Origin: Gemmatimonadota bacterium
Lineage (GTDB): Bacteria; Gemmatimonadota; Gemmatimonadetes; Gemmatimonadales; GWC2-71-9
Assembly: GCA_036679645.1 (NCBI GenBank)
Contig: JAZDCY010000060.1
Span: forward strand, 1 to 64,000
Length of the DNA: 64,000 nt
Reading direction: 5' to 3'
The notes below the pieces were generated by a model, which ran no database searches, was not told where the DNA came from, and saw nothing but the letters and a program-made list of their open reading frames with translations. Shown here in pieces: positions 21,411 to 30,830 of this stretch (the stretch's first letter is position 1; every line of letters begins with the position of its first letter). The translations under genes were made by a program, and so were the position numbers.

Positions 21411-22721
21411 ATGCGTTCGCCATCCCCCCCCCTCCCTCCCCGTTGTGCCGCACGAAGCGTAGCCGGAGCGGCGCTCCTAGTACTGGCTGCAGGCTGTCAT
21501 CAAGAGCCCACCTCTTCACGACAACAGCCGCTTCTAGCAACAAGCCCGTCCGCGCCGTTCACCATTGACGACCGTTTTGAACTGATCGCTGATCTCGCAC
21601 CGGGGTTTGGCGGCATGTACTTCGTCGGCGATCAACTGGTGATTACAACAACGGGAGCATCCTCCAACGCCGTGGTGCGCACCGCCGTTCGCACGATTGA
21701 TGACGGACGCCATTTCCGTCGCGTTGCCGCAGCTGACGCCCGCGGGACCGTGCAGTACCGCACAGTGGCCTTCGATTACCCGGCCCTCCGAGGATGGGCC
21801 AGGTCGGCTTCCGCCGTTCTGACCGATCCAGGTGTTGTAACACTGGGCATTATTGCACGCACGAATAGCATTCAGATTGGCGTCGCGACTGCGGGCGACG
21901 TTACTAAGGTGACCGCGACGCTGAATGGGCTCGGCATTCCGGCAGCAGCGGTCGATCTGCAGATCGTCGGATCCGTGAGCGACCAGACGGACCTGGACGA
22001 CAAGATCCGGCCATTCCCAGGTGGCGTGATCGTGAACGACGACTGCACGGTAGGGGCCATAGTTGAAGCCCGCGAGTCCGATGACGGCTTCCTCACCGCC
22101 TCGCACTGCACGAACATCTTCGGCGGAAACGGGGATGGCACCAACTTCTACCAACACGAGAACATTCGCGGGCAAACGAACCACGTCGGGAACGAAACGG
22201 CCGATGGTGACCTATACCAGTATGGCTCGGGTGCAGCTTGTCCTTCACCCCTCTGGTGCCGGTATTCCGACGCCGCATTCATTTCGCTCGACGATACGAC
22301 GGACGATTATTACGGGGCGATCGCCAGAACAACCGGGTATGGCAGTACTACCATTAGCAGCTCCACGCCGCGTTTCCTGTTGAATGAGCCGGCGCTCACC
22401 GCTCCGATTGAGGGAGACACGGTGCACATCATGGGTGCCGTCTCTGGGTGGCTGCGCGGCGAAGTACTAGATGAATGCTCGTGGCTCGCAGGTCCTGGAG
22501 CAAACCAACGTCGACTCTGTATGATGGTGGCCGACTACAACTCGGACAACGGAGACAGTGGAGCTCCGGTCTTCACGTGGGATGGGAGCAGCACATACGT
22601 CGACCTCGTGGGGATCCACGCGGCACGGATCGCTAGTCTGGATATTGCTTTTTTTAGCCGCTGGCTCTACGTCGATCTTGAGCTGAACGACAAGATTGGC
22701 ACCCTCAACGTGGCTTACTAG
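21411..22721 (+). CDS. S1 (chymotrypsin/alpha-lytic-like) serine protease lipoprotein with propeptide
   Basis: LAAGC lipobox; catalytic triad motifs LTASHC, DAAFI, GDSGAP. Confidence 0.82.
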   Translation: MRSPSPPLPPRCAARSVAGAALLVLAAGCHQEPTSSRQQPLLATSPSAPFTIDDRFELIADLAPGFGGMYFVGDQLVITTTGASSNAVVRTAVRTIDDGRHFRRVAAADARGTVQYRTVAFDYPALRGWARSASAVLTDPGVVTLGIIARTNSIQIGVATAGDVTKVTATLNGLGIPAAAVDLQIVGSVSDQTDLDDKIRPFPGGVIVNDDCTVGAIVEARESDDGFLTASHCTNIFGGNGDGTNFYQHENIRGQTNHVGNETADGDLYQYGSGAACPSPLWCRYSDAAFISLDDTTDDYYGAIARTTGYGSTTISSSTPRFLLNEPALTAPIEGDTVHIMGAVSGWLRGEVLDECSWLAGPGANQRRLCMMVADYNSDNGDSGAPVFTWDGSSTYVDLVGIHAARIASLDIAFFSRWLYVDLELNDKIGTLNVAY

Positions 22722-22772
22722 CATTCATAATGTGGCGGCCAGGATGGTCGCTCAGCATGCAGGAGGTGGACA

Positions 22773-23309
22773 ATGTACATGAAAGTGGGATTGGTGATTG
22801 TCCCGGTTCTCGGCGCTGCGCTGGCGTGCGCGAATCTCGATCAACCCATTGATGCTCCTGACGGGATCGACGATCCGAATGACCAGGCCGTTGATGTGGA
22901 GTTGTGGAACCAAAACCTGAGTCTTGATGTAACGGTATTCCCAGCGGCGGATTCGCTAGTCTGGGCCAAGATCACGATGACAAATACCGGACCGGAAACG
23001 CTTGAGAGCTTCACGGGCGGGTGCGGATGGTGGTTCCGCGTGTTCGACAGTCCGGGTCGGACCGGCTCACCGCTGTGGCGTGAGGAAGATTCATCGTACA
23101 ACGTGTGCAACAACCGGCGGTTCCATTTCTCGATACCCCCAGGCGCATCACATGAGTTCGAGTACGAACACATGATCGGCACGTTGGAGGAGATCACGGG
23201 CGGTCGGTCCTCCCTCACCTACTACTTCACAGCGGAACTTGCCTTAGGGCCCCAAGAGCAACGCACAAGGGCATACACCGCTGGCGAGGCGACTCTGCCT
23301 CCGAACTGA
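22773..23309 (+). CDS. lipoprotein with Ig-like, BsuPI-like domain
   Basis: AGGAGG RBS, LAC lipobox, ITMTNTG...F..GC...F.V.D...LW...IPPG pattern. Confidence 0.65.
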   Translation: MYMKVGLVIVPVLGAALACANLDQPIDAPDGIDDPNDQAVDVELWNQNLSLDVTVFPAADSLVWAKITMTNTGPETLESFTGGCGWWFRVFDSPGRTGSPLWREEDSSYNVCNNRRFHFSIPPGASHEFEYEHMIGTLEEITGGRSSLTYYFTAELALGPQEQRTRAYTAGEATLPPN

Positions 23310-23694
23310 CCGTGGGCAACGGTGGGCTGGACGGGCATCTGCGGGAAAGCGGGCGGCCCATTCGCTATCTCAGTCTCTTGGGCTAATCGATATCCTAGAG
23401 ATGCAGATCGTGCTGCAGACTGCCGTAGGAGCGCGTGAAGAGACGGCAGTGCGCCGAACGGCATGTTGGCTCTCGGGCTCCTATTCGGTGCGATCACGAA
23501 GCCGCCATCAAATGCCGGACGGAAGCTGGTGCCCCAGGGAACACTTCGACGCCGAGCGGTCCTGCGAAGTCGACGTGCCGGATCTTTCGACGTTCGGACA
23601 GCGCCCATGACGCACGCGAACTCCCGAAGCCCGAACGGACTAGACTACCAACCGGGCCTCCCGTTTCCCTTGGCGTTCGCCGGTATCCGACGGC

Positions 23695-24663
23695 CTACGG
23701 CGTGTTGAAGTTGTGCGTCTCGATCCACGTCCTCATCATGGTCCGAGCCTGGCTATCACCTAGCTGCACTCCCAATGCGGGCATCTCTCCGCGCGAGAAC
23801 CGGAAGTAGATGTAGGAGCTGTCGGGTTGCTGCGGTTTGATTAGGGTCAGTCCGCTCGGCCCGACCTGGTCTACCGTGTTCTGCAGGAACGTCTGGTAGT
23901 TGAAGCTCACCGTGCTGTTTTGGTTGTGACAGTGCCTGCAGTTTCCCTGCACGTATCCCAACACGTCGCGCGTCAGGTTGTCTCCTGCGATGATCTCCGC
24001 CGGAGTGCTCGGCACTGCGGCGTCGAGAAACCCCATTGACGCAAAGCGCTCGAGCTGCGTAGTCGTTTGCGTTGCGAGCGTCGAGTTCAGGTTCAGCTCA
24101 GAGAAACCAATGATGAACGTCGGATTGAGACCGTGGCAGACCTGACATTGTGACAAGCTGGGTATTTGGTGCGTGAACGATTTACCCTGCGCATCCACGA
24201 TTGGGGCGGGTGTTGGGGCGGCGCCGTCGAGCAGATCGGCGTCCGATAGATCGCTCCGCCACCGGTACACCGCTGTTTGCCAACGTCCCTCGCGCCGACG
24301 GATGATGCGGGTCTCGACCGGGACAGGTGTCGTGGGTGAGCCCTGTGTGAGGTACGAAAATGTCTTGGTAAAGCGGATGCCGTCCGGGAAATTCCACTCG
24401 GACCGACTCGCCGTCCCGATCGTCCCCCCCTGCTGCAGCCACACCTTTCGGGTCTTCACAGATCCGTTCGTCCACAGCTTCCACTGCGGCTCGAACAAGG
24501 TGGCTTCCGGGGCGTCGATATCGAGTTGCGACAGAAGAGGCGGGAAGGCGTCGTCAGCCTCGTCTGTCCCATTTGGTCCGGTCGCTTCACCACATGCATT
24601 CATGGCAAGCGCGGTCGCGACGACAAGGGCGGCGCAGGGAAACGCGAATTTGGACGGTCGCAT
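23695..24663 (-). CDS. diheme c-type cytochrome lipoprotein, SO2930-like
   Basis: MNAC lipobox, LWTNGSVKTR, FPDG...KTF, VETR, two CxxCH motifs (CQVCH, CRHCH), MPALG. Confidence 0.8.
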   Translation of the reverse strand: MRPSKFAFPCAALVVATALAMNACGEATGPNGTDEADDAFPPLLSQLDIDAPEATLFEPQWKLWTNGSVKTRKVWLQQGGTIGTASRSEWNFPDGIRFTKTFSYLTQGSPTTPVPVETRIIRRREGRWQTAVYRWRSDLSDADLLDGAAPTPAPIVDAQGKSFTHQIPSLSQCQVCHGLNPTFIIGFSELNLNSTLATQTTTQLERFASMGFLDAAVPSTPAEIIAGDNLTRDVLGYVQGNCRHCHNQNSTVSFNYQTFLQNTVDQVGPSGLTLIKPQQPDSSYIYFRFSRGEMPALGVQLGDSQARTMMRTWIETHNFNTP

Positions 24664-24688
24664 AGGGGATAGTCTTACATGGGATTCG

Positions 24689-25255
24689 CTACCACGCCAG
24701 CCCCCGAGCGAGGAGATCACGGGTTGCACTCGTCCACTCGCCGGGCGAGGCAATCGAACCCACCCACACGCCGCGTAGCGCCAGATGCCCCAGACAGAGA
24801 GTGAGCGCCTGCGCTGCCGCGAGTTCGGGGTCGGCGTCGTCCCGGAAATAGCCGAGCCCCTGTCCTTCCGCGATGGCCCGGCGAATTGGAAAGAGGAGTT
24901 CGTTTGCAGTGACGCGCACCGTGTCCGCAGGACCCGTTTCACCAGAGCGCTCCACCAGCGCGGCGACCACCTCGGAGTGGGACGATAGGAACGCGTACAT
25001 CTGGTTCAGGGCGGCGCGTAGCTGACCGGGCCCGCCCGGGTCCGACTTTCCTTCCCCGCCTGCGGCTGCTGCGGCGTCCCGGACAACGTCCTCGTACAGG
25101 CCCTGCTTGGAGCCAAAGTAGTAGAAAATCAACTGCTTGTTTACACCAGCCCCGTTTGCGATCCGCGCCACGCGAGCTCCGCTAAAGCCATGCTTTCCAA
25201 ACTCTTCTCGTGCAGCGCCGAGAATCCGTGCCCGCGACACACCAGCTTGAGCCAT
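24689..25255 (-). CDS. TetR/AcrR family regulator
   Basis: ILGAAREEFGKHGFSGARVARIA...GVNKQLIFYYFGSK. Confidence 0.9.
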   Translation of the reverse strand: MAQAGVSRARILGAAREEFGKHGFSGARVARIANGAGVNKQLIFYYFGSKQGLYEDVVRDAAAAAGGEGKSDPGGPGQLRAALNQMYAFLSSHSEVVAALVERSGETGPADTVRVTANELLFPIRRAIAEGQGLGYFRDDADPELAAAQALTLCLGHLALRGVWVGSIASPGEWTSATRDLLARGLAW

Positions 25256-25259
25256 GTAC

Positions 25260-25288
25260 TCAACCCTGTGGTTGATTTTCATGGTCAA
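25260..25288. promoter_or_regulatory. putative TetR operator inverted repeats
   Basis: TCAACC-CTGT-GGTTGA (25260-25275) and TTGA-N9-TCAA (25272-25288), immediately upstream of the tetR ATG. Confidence 0.6.
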
Positions 25289-25325
25289 TATGTGCCCGCC
25301 CGTCGCCAACCGCAAACCGCCGCAA

Positions 25326-26009
25326 CTATGACTGTGTGATTGCGTCGAAGGCGGCGTGGACCGACGCCGCCATTACCGTCGCGGACGTCCAGTAGCCCGA
25401 GGGGGCGTCGCCCACCGACGCCGCGAGAACGCCGTCCCCGCAGACGAGCAGGACTGGTAGATCTTCAAACAACCTGCCGATCAAGTGGTGGTCCACCGGC
25501 GCGACCGATGCCGGGATGTCGGGATCGCGATCCGCAGACCAGAGAGAGAGGTCGCCGGTTGCGCTGGCGCGAGCGCGGATTGCGGGCGCAAGTGCCTCGA
25601 GCAACGCCGCTGGGGCGAGAAGGCGGATGGGTCCGCGGCCTCTCACGACGGTCCGGGTGATCAGATCGCGCAACGCCCTCGTTCCCTCCACCCGCACCAG
25701 GCTAGATCCACCGTCGTCCGGCGCCTCGCGAACCTGCTCCTCCAGCCGGTCCATCTTCGCCGCTTGCCGCTCGGCAATGAGGGCCAGCAGGGAGGGTGGC
25801 CGGAGGGGTCGGTACCGTTTGGGTCGCGGTTCGATCAACTGCGCGGCTCCCTTCGCCACTAGGCCATCAAGCGCCTGGTATCCGTTCGCGCGAGCGATCC
25901 CCAGTGACCGCGCGACGGCGTACGCTCCCGATGGTCCCAGCCCGAGCAAGGCGCCGTACGCAGCGCTTTCCGTCGGGGTAAACCCGAACGGCACGAGGTC
26001 TATCGACAT
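25326..26009 (-). CDS. TrmB family transcriptional regulator
   Basis: FGFTPTESAAYGALL...IARANGYQALDGLVAKG...PKRY. Upstream TTGACA and GTAGT-N10-ACTAC inverted repeat (26012-26031). Confidence 0.85.
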   Translation of the reverse strand: MSIDLVPFGFTPTESAAYGALLGLGPSGAYAVARSLGIARANGYQALDGLVAKGAAQLIEPRPKRYRPLRPPSLLALIAERQAAKMDRLEEQVREAPDDGGSSLVRVEGTRALRDLITRTVVRGRGPIRLLAPAALLEALAPAIRARASATGDLSLWSADRDPDIPASVAPVDHHLIGRLFEDLPVLLVCGDGVLAASVGDAPSGYWTSATVMAASVHAAFDAITQS

Positions 26010-26046
26010 GTGTAGTTTGATACGCTACTACGGGCGGCTTGTCAAT

Positions 26047-26086
26047 GTTTCTGAGCTGTCTGTGCGTCTGAGCGTCTAGCTGTCTA
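26047..26086 (-). repeat. degenerate octamer tandem repeat (YAGACGCN-like)
   Basis: Minus strand TAGACAGC TAGACGCT CAGACGCA CAGACAGCT CAGAAAC, starting at the stop codon of 26084..27112. Confidence 0.75.
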
Positions 26087-27112
26087 TGTGTATTCCAATT
26101 CCCACCCGGCGAGCTTCGCAATCAGCGCGAGCCGGAAGGTGACATCGGCCTGCCGGCGCTCGATCGTCTTGCCATCGAGCTCGAGCGGGAAGGCGTGCAC
26201 TGATTGCCTCGACTTCCCCTTCGGGACGGCGCGGAGGTTTCGCGGCGACCAGACGCCGCGCTCGTCGAGTTCGCTGAGCAGCTTGACGAGAATCCGCTGG
26301 GCCACGTCGTTGGTGTGCAGCATTCCCAAGCGTACCAACAGTTCGATCCACATGAGGGCGAGAGGGAGGTCTTTCGGATTGCCCGATCGGTCGGCTTCCA
26401 AGGGATTGCCGAGCAGGGTGAAAGTGGGCTGGACGACCTTGCGACCGAAGAGGATGACGTACTTTCGTTTTGTTTGCGGTGGCGCCAAAAATGCGCAGAG
26501 ACGCTCGATGAATCCGGCGCGCTCACGTTGGAGCGATGGCATATATGCGACGAGCGCAAACGACAGGAACGTAGGAGGATACGCCTTCGGCTGAAGCAAG
26601 TTGCGCGGTCCTTTGCGCACAATGGGTTTCCCGGAGAGATCACTGCGTAGGAATTGCGATATTTCTGTGATTATGCGATGCGCTGATCCTCTCACGCGTG
26701 GGTCCTCGGCCTTGCCGGCATGGGCGAGGGCGAGCGTTGCCGCCTCGCGGAACATGGCACGTGACCAGGCGACGATTGCGTGGTTCTGTTTGGCTGCGGC
26801 CTTGTACTCGAACGTGAGGTTGGGCGACTCGTCTCGCGACAGCAGACGGTACAGGATCCGATCTGCCTGGCGAAATGCCCGAAGCGATGTTGGAGCGCCC
26901 AACTCGAGCAGCCGGCGGTACCGTACGATCGTCCCGACGTCCTTGATTCCCTGGGCCTTGTTGGCCGCCAGACCCAGAATGTTGTCGCCCCATAGGCCAC
27001 TCTTGCGCTGCTTGCGGATCGTCTGGGTGACCAGCTTGTACTCCAGCACCTCGGCCCTAAGGGCCTCGCAATCGGCCTCGGTGGCGGCGCCGGCAGGGAG
27101 GATGTCGTTCAC
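26084..27112 (-). CDS. hypothetical protein (possibly alpha-helical barrel)
   Basis: 342 aa ORF with GC3-biased codons; Q-x-x-x-G-x-W-like motifs (QRKSGLW, ERGVW). Confidence 0.7.
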   Translation of the reverse strand: MNDILPAGAATEADCEALRAEVLEYKLVTQTIRKQRKSGLWGDNILGLAANKAQGIKDVGTIVRYRRLLELGAPTSLRAFRQADRILYRLLSRDESPNLTFEYKAAAKQNHAIVAWSRAMFREAATLALAHAGKAEDPRVRGSAHRIITEISQFLRSDLSGKPIVRKGPRNLLQPKAYPPTFLSFALVAYMPSLQRERAGFIERLCAFLAPPQTKRKYVILFGRKVVQPTFTLLGNPLEADRSGNPKDLPLALMWIELLVRLGMLHTNDVAQRILVKLLSELDERGVWSPRNLRAVPKGKSRQSVHAFPLELDGKTIERRQADVTFRLALIAKLAGWELEYT

Positions 27113-27309
27113 AGTGCGCCACCTTATGGGGGCGCAAGCGTAAGCGCGAAGCCAACTTACGGGAATGCGGTGGCTTGTCGGGAGGTCCAGACGCCGCTCT
27201 CCTGTCTACTAGGGTGGGATGGGCGGCGGGAACATACACGTTTGTGCATGCCGGTGCCAGACATTCTCCCGGATTTCCTGCCCCGCGTGGCCCGTGAGAG
27301 AGTGGGCCG

Positions 27310-28191
27310 CTAGAAGCATCTGAGCGTACGGATCACTCCTTCGCGGCCCCAGGCCTTTTCGCTGGTGACAACGACGGTGCGCTCGTCGATCCAGTCCACG
27401 GCCTCCCACTGCCTGAGCGGCAGACCGAGCCAACAGCCCTCCCCCTCGCGTTGCCATCCCGTCGCGGTGCGGTCAAAGAAGTACAGTTCGGTGAGCGTGC
27501 CCAGCACTGCGCGGTCTCCGGAAGGGGAGATGGCGGCCGCTGTAACCCATCTTCCTACAAGCGGTTGAGGGTCAATAGCGACGGTATCCGGTGCGGTGAG
27601 GACGAGGGAATCCGACGCAAAGGCGCGGGGCTCGATCGAGTATCTGAGGATGAATCCACTGCGACCCTTACTGAAGAGCAGGAGCTGGCCGTCAGGCAGA
27701 ATTGCCAGCGCCTCGGCGTCTCGCGGACCGTCTTCGTATTCGACGTGAAGTGCGCGCGCGACCGCGACGTGCCCGGTAGAGCCGGACAATGAGCCTGGGT
27801 CCGGTTCCGGGACCACATAGATGACCACATCGTCCCGTCGCTCGTCGTTGTCGCCGGTGTCGGCAATGAAAAGGCACGCGACTCCCAAACCGGGATTCGG
27901 GCATGGGCCCAAGGCGATGTCTTCCCAATCGACCGCGTGCGCGCCGTCGACGCGATAGGTCGCGACGAGGTGGCCGGACCAATCGACGGCGTAGAGCAGC
28001 GGGTTGTCGCCCGAGTCATTGTGCGTCCACAGGAGATCCGGGTGATGGCGGCTCACGGCAACGCCAGAACTCTCGCGGATTCCGGCGTCGCCTAGTGCCC
28101 CGGTGACCGTACTCTCGACCGGCACGCGCTGCGCCTGCACTGGGTGAACGGAGAGGAACGCGAGGATGCAGGCGGCAACGAGCGGACGCAT
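27310..28191 (-). CDS. secreted putative beta-propeller protein
   Basis: Signal peptide; ESSGVA, WTHNDSG, DWEDIA, IADTGDN, DAEALA, QWEAV. Confidence 0.8.
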   Translation of the reverse strand: MRPLVAACILAFLSVHPVQAQRVPVESTVTGALGDAGIRESSGVAVSRHHPDLLWTHNDSGDNPLLYAVDWSGHLVATYRVDGAHAVDWEDIALGPCPNPGLGVACLFIADTGDNDERRDDVVIYVVPEPDPGSLSGSTGHVAVARALHVEYEDGPRDAEALAILPDGQLLLFSKGRSGFILRYSIEPRAFASDSLVLTAPDTVAIDPQPLVGRWVTAAAISPSGDRAVLGTLTELYFFDRTATGWQREGEGCWLGLPLRQWEAVDWIDERTVVVTSEKAWGREGVIRTLRCF

Positions 28192-28250
28192 CGTGCAATT
28201 CTACGCGGCGGCTTGCTCGGTCGGGAGGCCCTGATGAGATTTCTCCCCTG

Positions 28251-30299
28251 ATGATAGAGAGTCTCAAGCACAAGCCGCTCACCAAACGACCCGACCGCCT
28301 GACGTTTCCCGGTCGGGTGCTCTTCCTCGTGGACGATGCGCTGCTCATGCGGCGTCAGCTGGAGGGAGGAGACCTTCCCTGGCCGCCCGGTGCGGCGTTG
28401 CGAGACAACATCTCCACCGACGAGATCACGCCGGCCTACATCTGTTACTACTACGACGACACACTCGGTGATTTTCCCTACCTGGGATTGCAGGCGGGCG
28501 CCGAGTTCCCAGTCGAGCGCGAAACCGTACGAGCGGGCGGGTTCGTCTGTTCCGTCAGCGGCAAACGCCGGGGGAAAGGGTCCTCGCGCGAGCAATCGCC
28601 GTACGCAGAGATGTGCGCAGGCATCCAGTTGGTGATCGCGGAAAACATCGAGCGCATTTACCGGGAGAACTGTCAGAACCTGGGCATGCTCACGAGCACG
28701 GATTTTGGGTTGATCGGCCGCGTGCGCGCCGGCGAGGCCATTCCGCTGACCGACTTCACCGCCGGCGAAGGCGACATCACGCGGGGCGTTATCGAGTATG
28801 GCGGTCTCTTCCACTACAATGTGGCGCGTCTGCAGGGCAGGGTATCCGTGCCGGAGGTGGACACCCCCGCCCGTCCAATGACCCTTGCGGAGAAGATCAT
28901 CGCGCGTCACTGGGTGACCGATCTCGCGCACGACACGGTGGGTGTGCCGCACGTGAAGCCCGGCGACGAGGGGTTTGTGCGGACGGACATCCGCTTCAGC
29001 CACGAATACGTCACTCCCATGGCTGCCATCTTCTGGGAAGATCTGGTAGGGACGGACGAGCGCGTGGTCGATCCGGATTCCATTTTCATGTTCCGCGATC
29101 ACCTCACGTTCCTCGACCTCGTGATGACCGAGGCGCGCAAGGCCGAGGGACTCTTGGATGTCGCCCTCGAGCTGAAGGCAAAGCAGGAGGATTTCTCAGC
29201 CAAGCAGGGCATCACGCTCTACGGCGAGTTGGGCCGCCAACTCCAGGGGCGCCACGGTATTCCCACCGGATCCGAGGCGATATGCCACTCGAAGATTCTC
29301 GAGCAGCACGCCCTTCCCGGCCATCTCATTGTGGGAACCGACTCGCACACGCCGCACGCCGGTGCGATGGGCGCGATTGCTTTTGGCGTGGGCACGACGG
29401 CAATCTTCAATTCGTGGCTCACCAAGGACGTGCGCATCAAGGTGCCGCCCTCGGTGCTCGTGCGTGTGACCGGGGACAAGCCGCCGGGGATTACCGCGAA
29501 GGACTACATGTTGCAGATCCTGCGGCATCCGTACGTGAGGGATGGGCACGCGATCGGCAAGGTCGTGGAGTACGCGGGCGATGCGGTGCGAGGGCTGGAT
29601 ATCGATGAACGTGCCACGATGACCAACATGGCGGCGGAGGTCGGCGCGTTCACCGGTGTCATCAGGCCGGATGAGAAGTCGATCGAGTTTCTCTCTCGTG
29701 AACGCGGTGTGGATCCGGAAAAGGTGCGGCCATTGCTGGAGGGGCTCTTCTCAGATGCAGATGCCGAATACGAGAAGATCATTGATATCGACGCGGGCGC
29801 GTTGAAGCCGATGGTCGCCTTGCCCGGTGATCCCGGAAATGGGCTCTTCATTGATGAACTCGGCGACCGGGTGAAGGTCGACATTGCCTATGCGGGCTCG
29901 TGCACCGCCGGCAAGAAATCCGATATGGACATGTACGCCGCCGTGTTCCGTGATGCGCTGGACCGTGGCGAGCGCGTGCACGCGGACGTGAAGTGCTTCA
30001 TTCAGTGCGGATCACAGGAGGTGAAACGGTATGCGGAAGAACGGGGCTACCTCGAGATCTTCGAGAAGGCCGGCGCCGTTTTCATCGAGCCTAGCTGTGG
30101 GGCGTGCATCAACGCCGGGCCCGGCGTGTCATACGACACTGACACGGTGACGATCAGCGCCATCAACCGGAACTTCCCCGGCCGGTCCGGTCCGGGACGG
30201 CTCTACCTCGCTAATCCCTATACGACGGCGGCCTCCGCAATCGCTGGGTACATCACTGCCTGGGAGCCACGGAAGGTCGGTGCCGGGGTCTCGGTCTAG
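28251..30299 (+). CDS. aconitase-family hydratase, LeuD-like swivel domain fused N-terminal to LeuC-like domain
   Basis: DNISTDEITP and GSSREQS (small subunit), then MTLAEKI, GTDSHT, TMTNMAAE, GSCTAG, SCGACI, NRNFPGRSG (large subunit). Confidence 0.9.
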   Translation: MIESLKHKPLTKRPDRLTFPGRVLFLVDDALLMRRQLEGGDLPWPPGAALRDNISTDEITPAYICYYYDDTLGDFPYLGLQAGAEFPVERETVRAGGFVCSVSGKRRGKGSSREQSPYAEMCAGIQLVIAENIERIYRENCQNLGMLTSTDFGLIGRVRAGEAIPLTDFTAGEGDITRGVIEYGGLFHYNVARLQGRVSVPEVDTPARPMTLAEKIIARHWVTDLAHDTVGVPHVKPGDEGFVRTDIRFSHEYVTPMAAIFWEDLVGTDERVVDPDSIFMFRDHLTFLDLVMTEARKAEGLLDVALELKAKQEDFSAKQGITLYGELGRQLQGRHGIPTGSEAICHSKILEQHALPGHLIVGTDSHTPHAGAMGAIAFGVGTTAIFNSWLTKDVRIKVPPSVLVRVTGDKPPGITAKDYMLQILRHPYVRDGHAIGKVVEYAGDAVRGLDIDERATMTNMAAEVGAFTGVIRPDEKSIEFLSRERGVDPEKVRPLLEGLFSDADAEYEKIIDIDAGALKPMVALPGDPGNGLFIDELGDRVKVDIAYAGSCTAGKKSDMDMYAAVFRDALDRGERVHADVKCFIQCGSQEVKRYAEERGYLEIFEKAGAVFIEPSCGACINAGPGVSYDTDTVTISAINRNFPGRSGPGRLYLANPYTTAASAIAGYITAWEPRKVGAGVSV

Positions 30300-30314
30300 G
30301 CGCTAGCGCAAGGC

Positions 30315-30353
30315 GATCTGCAATCTCGAATCTCAAGTCTATAATCTCAAATC
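30315..30353 (-). repeat. degenerate heptamer tandem repeat (GATTnnA)
   Basis: Minus strand GATTTGA GATTATA GACTTGA GATTCGA GATTGCA GATC. Confidence 0.75.
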
Positions 30354-30383
30354 GACCCCCCCGCCCCCCTCTCGGTCCTCAGT

Positions 30384-30782
30384 TCATACGGTACTGTGCG
30401 ACAAGTGCTCCGCCACAACCTCTTCGAAGGTCGTTCTCGAGACGGCGTTGTTGGGTATCTGCACGACTCGTATTCCGGCAGCTTTGAGAACAGCGGTCCG
30501 GCCTTCGTCGTATGTCTCGCGACTGTCGTGCACGGGTCCGTCAATCTCCAAAGCGAGCTTGAGTTCGGGGCAATAGAAATCCAGATGGAACCCGCGCATG
30601 GGATACTGCCGCCGGAACTTGTAGCCCAATACACGACGTGTTCTGAGGAGCGCCCAGGCTGCGCGCTCGGCCACGGTCATCTCCTCCCGCAGCCGGCGCG
30701 TACGATCTCTCACGGGTCTTCCGAAGAGCATGACGCCAGAATGGAGCATGAGGTACCGGCCTGTGCAACCGTCTTGCCGCAC
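30384..30782 (-). CDS. DUF559 (Vsr-like) endonuclease domain protein
   Basis: LREEMTVAE..AW..LR, FRRQYP, DFYC...LEIDGPVH, GIRVVQI.N. Confidence 0.88.
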   Translation of the reverse strand: MRQDGCTGRYLMLHSGVMLFGRPVRDRTRRLREEMTVAERAAWALLRTRRVLGYKFRRQYPMRGFHLDFYCPELKLALEIDGPVHDSRETYDEGRTAVLKAAGIRVVQIPNNAVSRTTFEEVVAEHLSHSTV

Positions 30783-30788
30783 GGCGGT

Positions 30789-30830
30789 GGCGTTTAGCCG
30801 CTTCTGAGCGTCTAGCCGTCTAGGCGCCTT
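30789..30830 (-). repeat. degenerate octamer tandem repeat
   Basis: Minus strand AAGGCGCC TAGACGGC TAGACGCT CAGAAGCGGC TAAACGCC after the stop of 30831..31658. Confidence 0.7.

Noticed and set aside
23310..23694. Short ORFs between the BsuPI-like and cytochrome genes
   Set aside because: No recognisable motifs or convincing coding signal.
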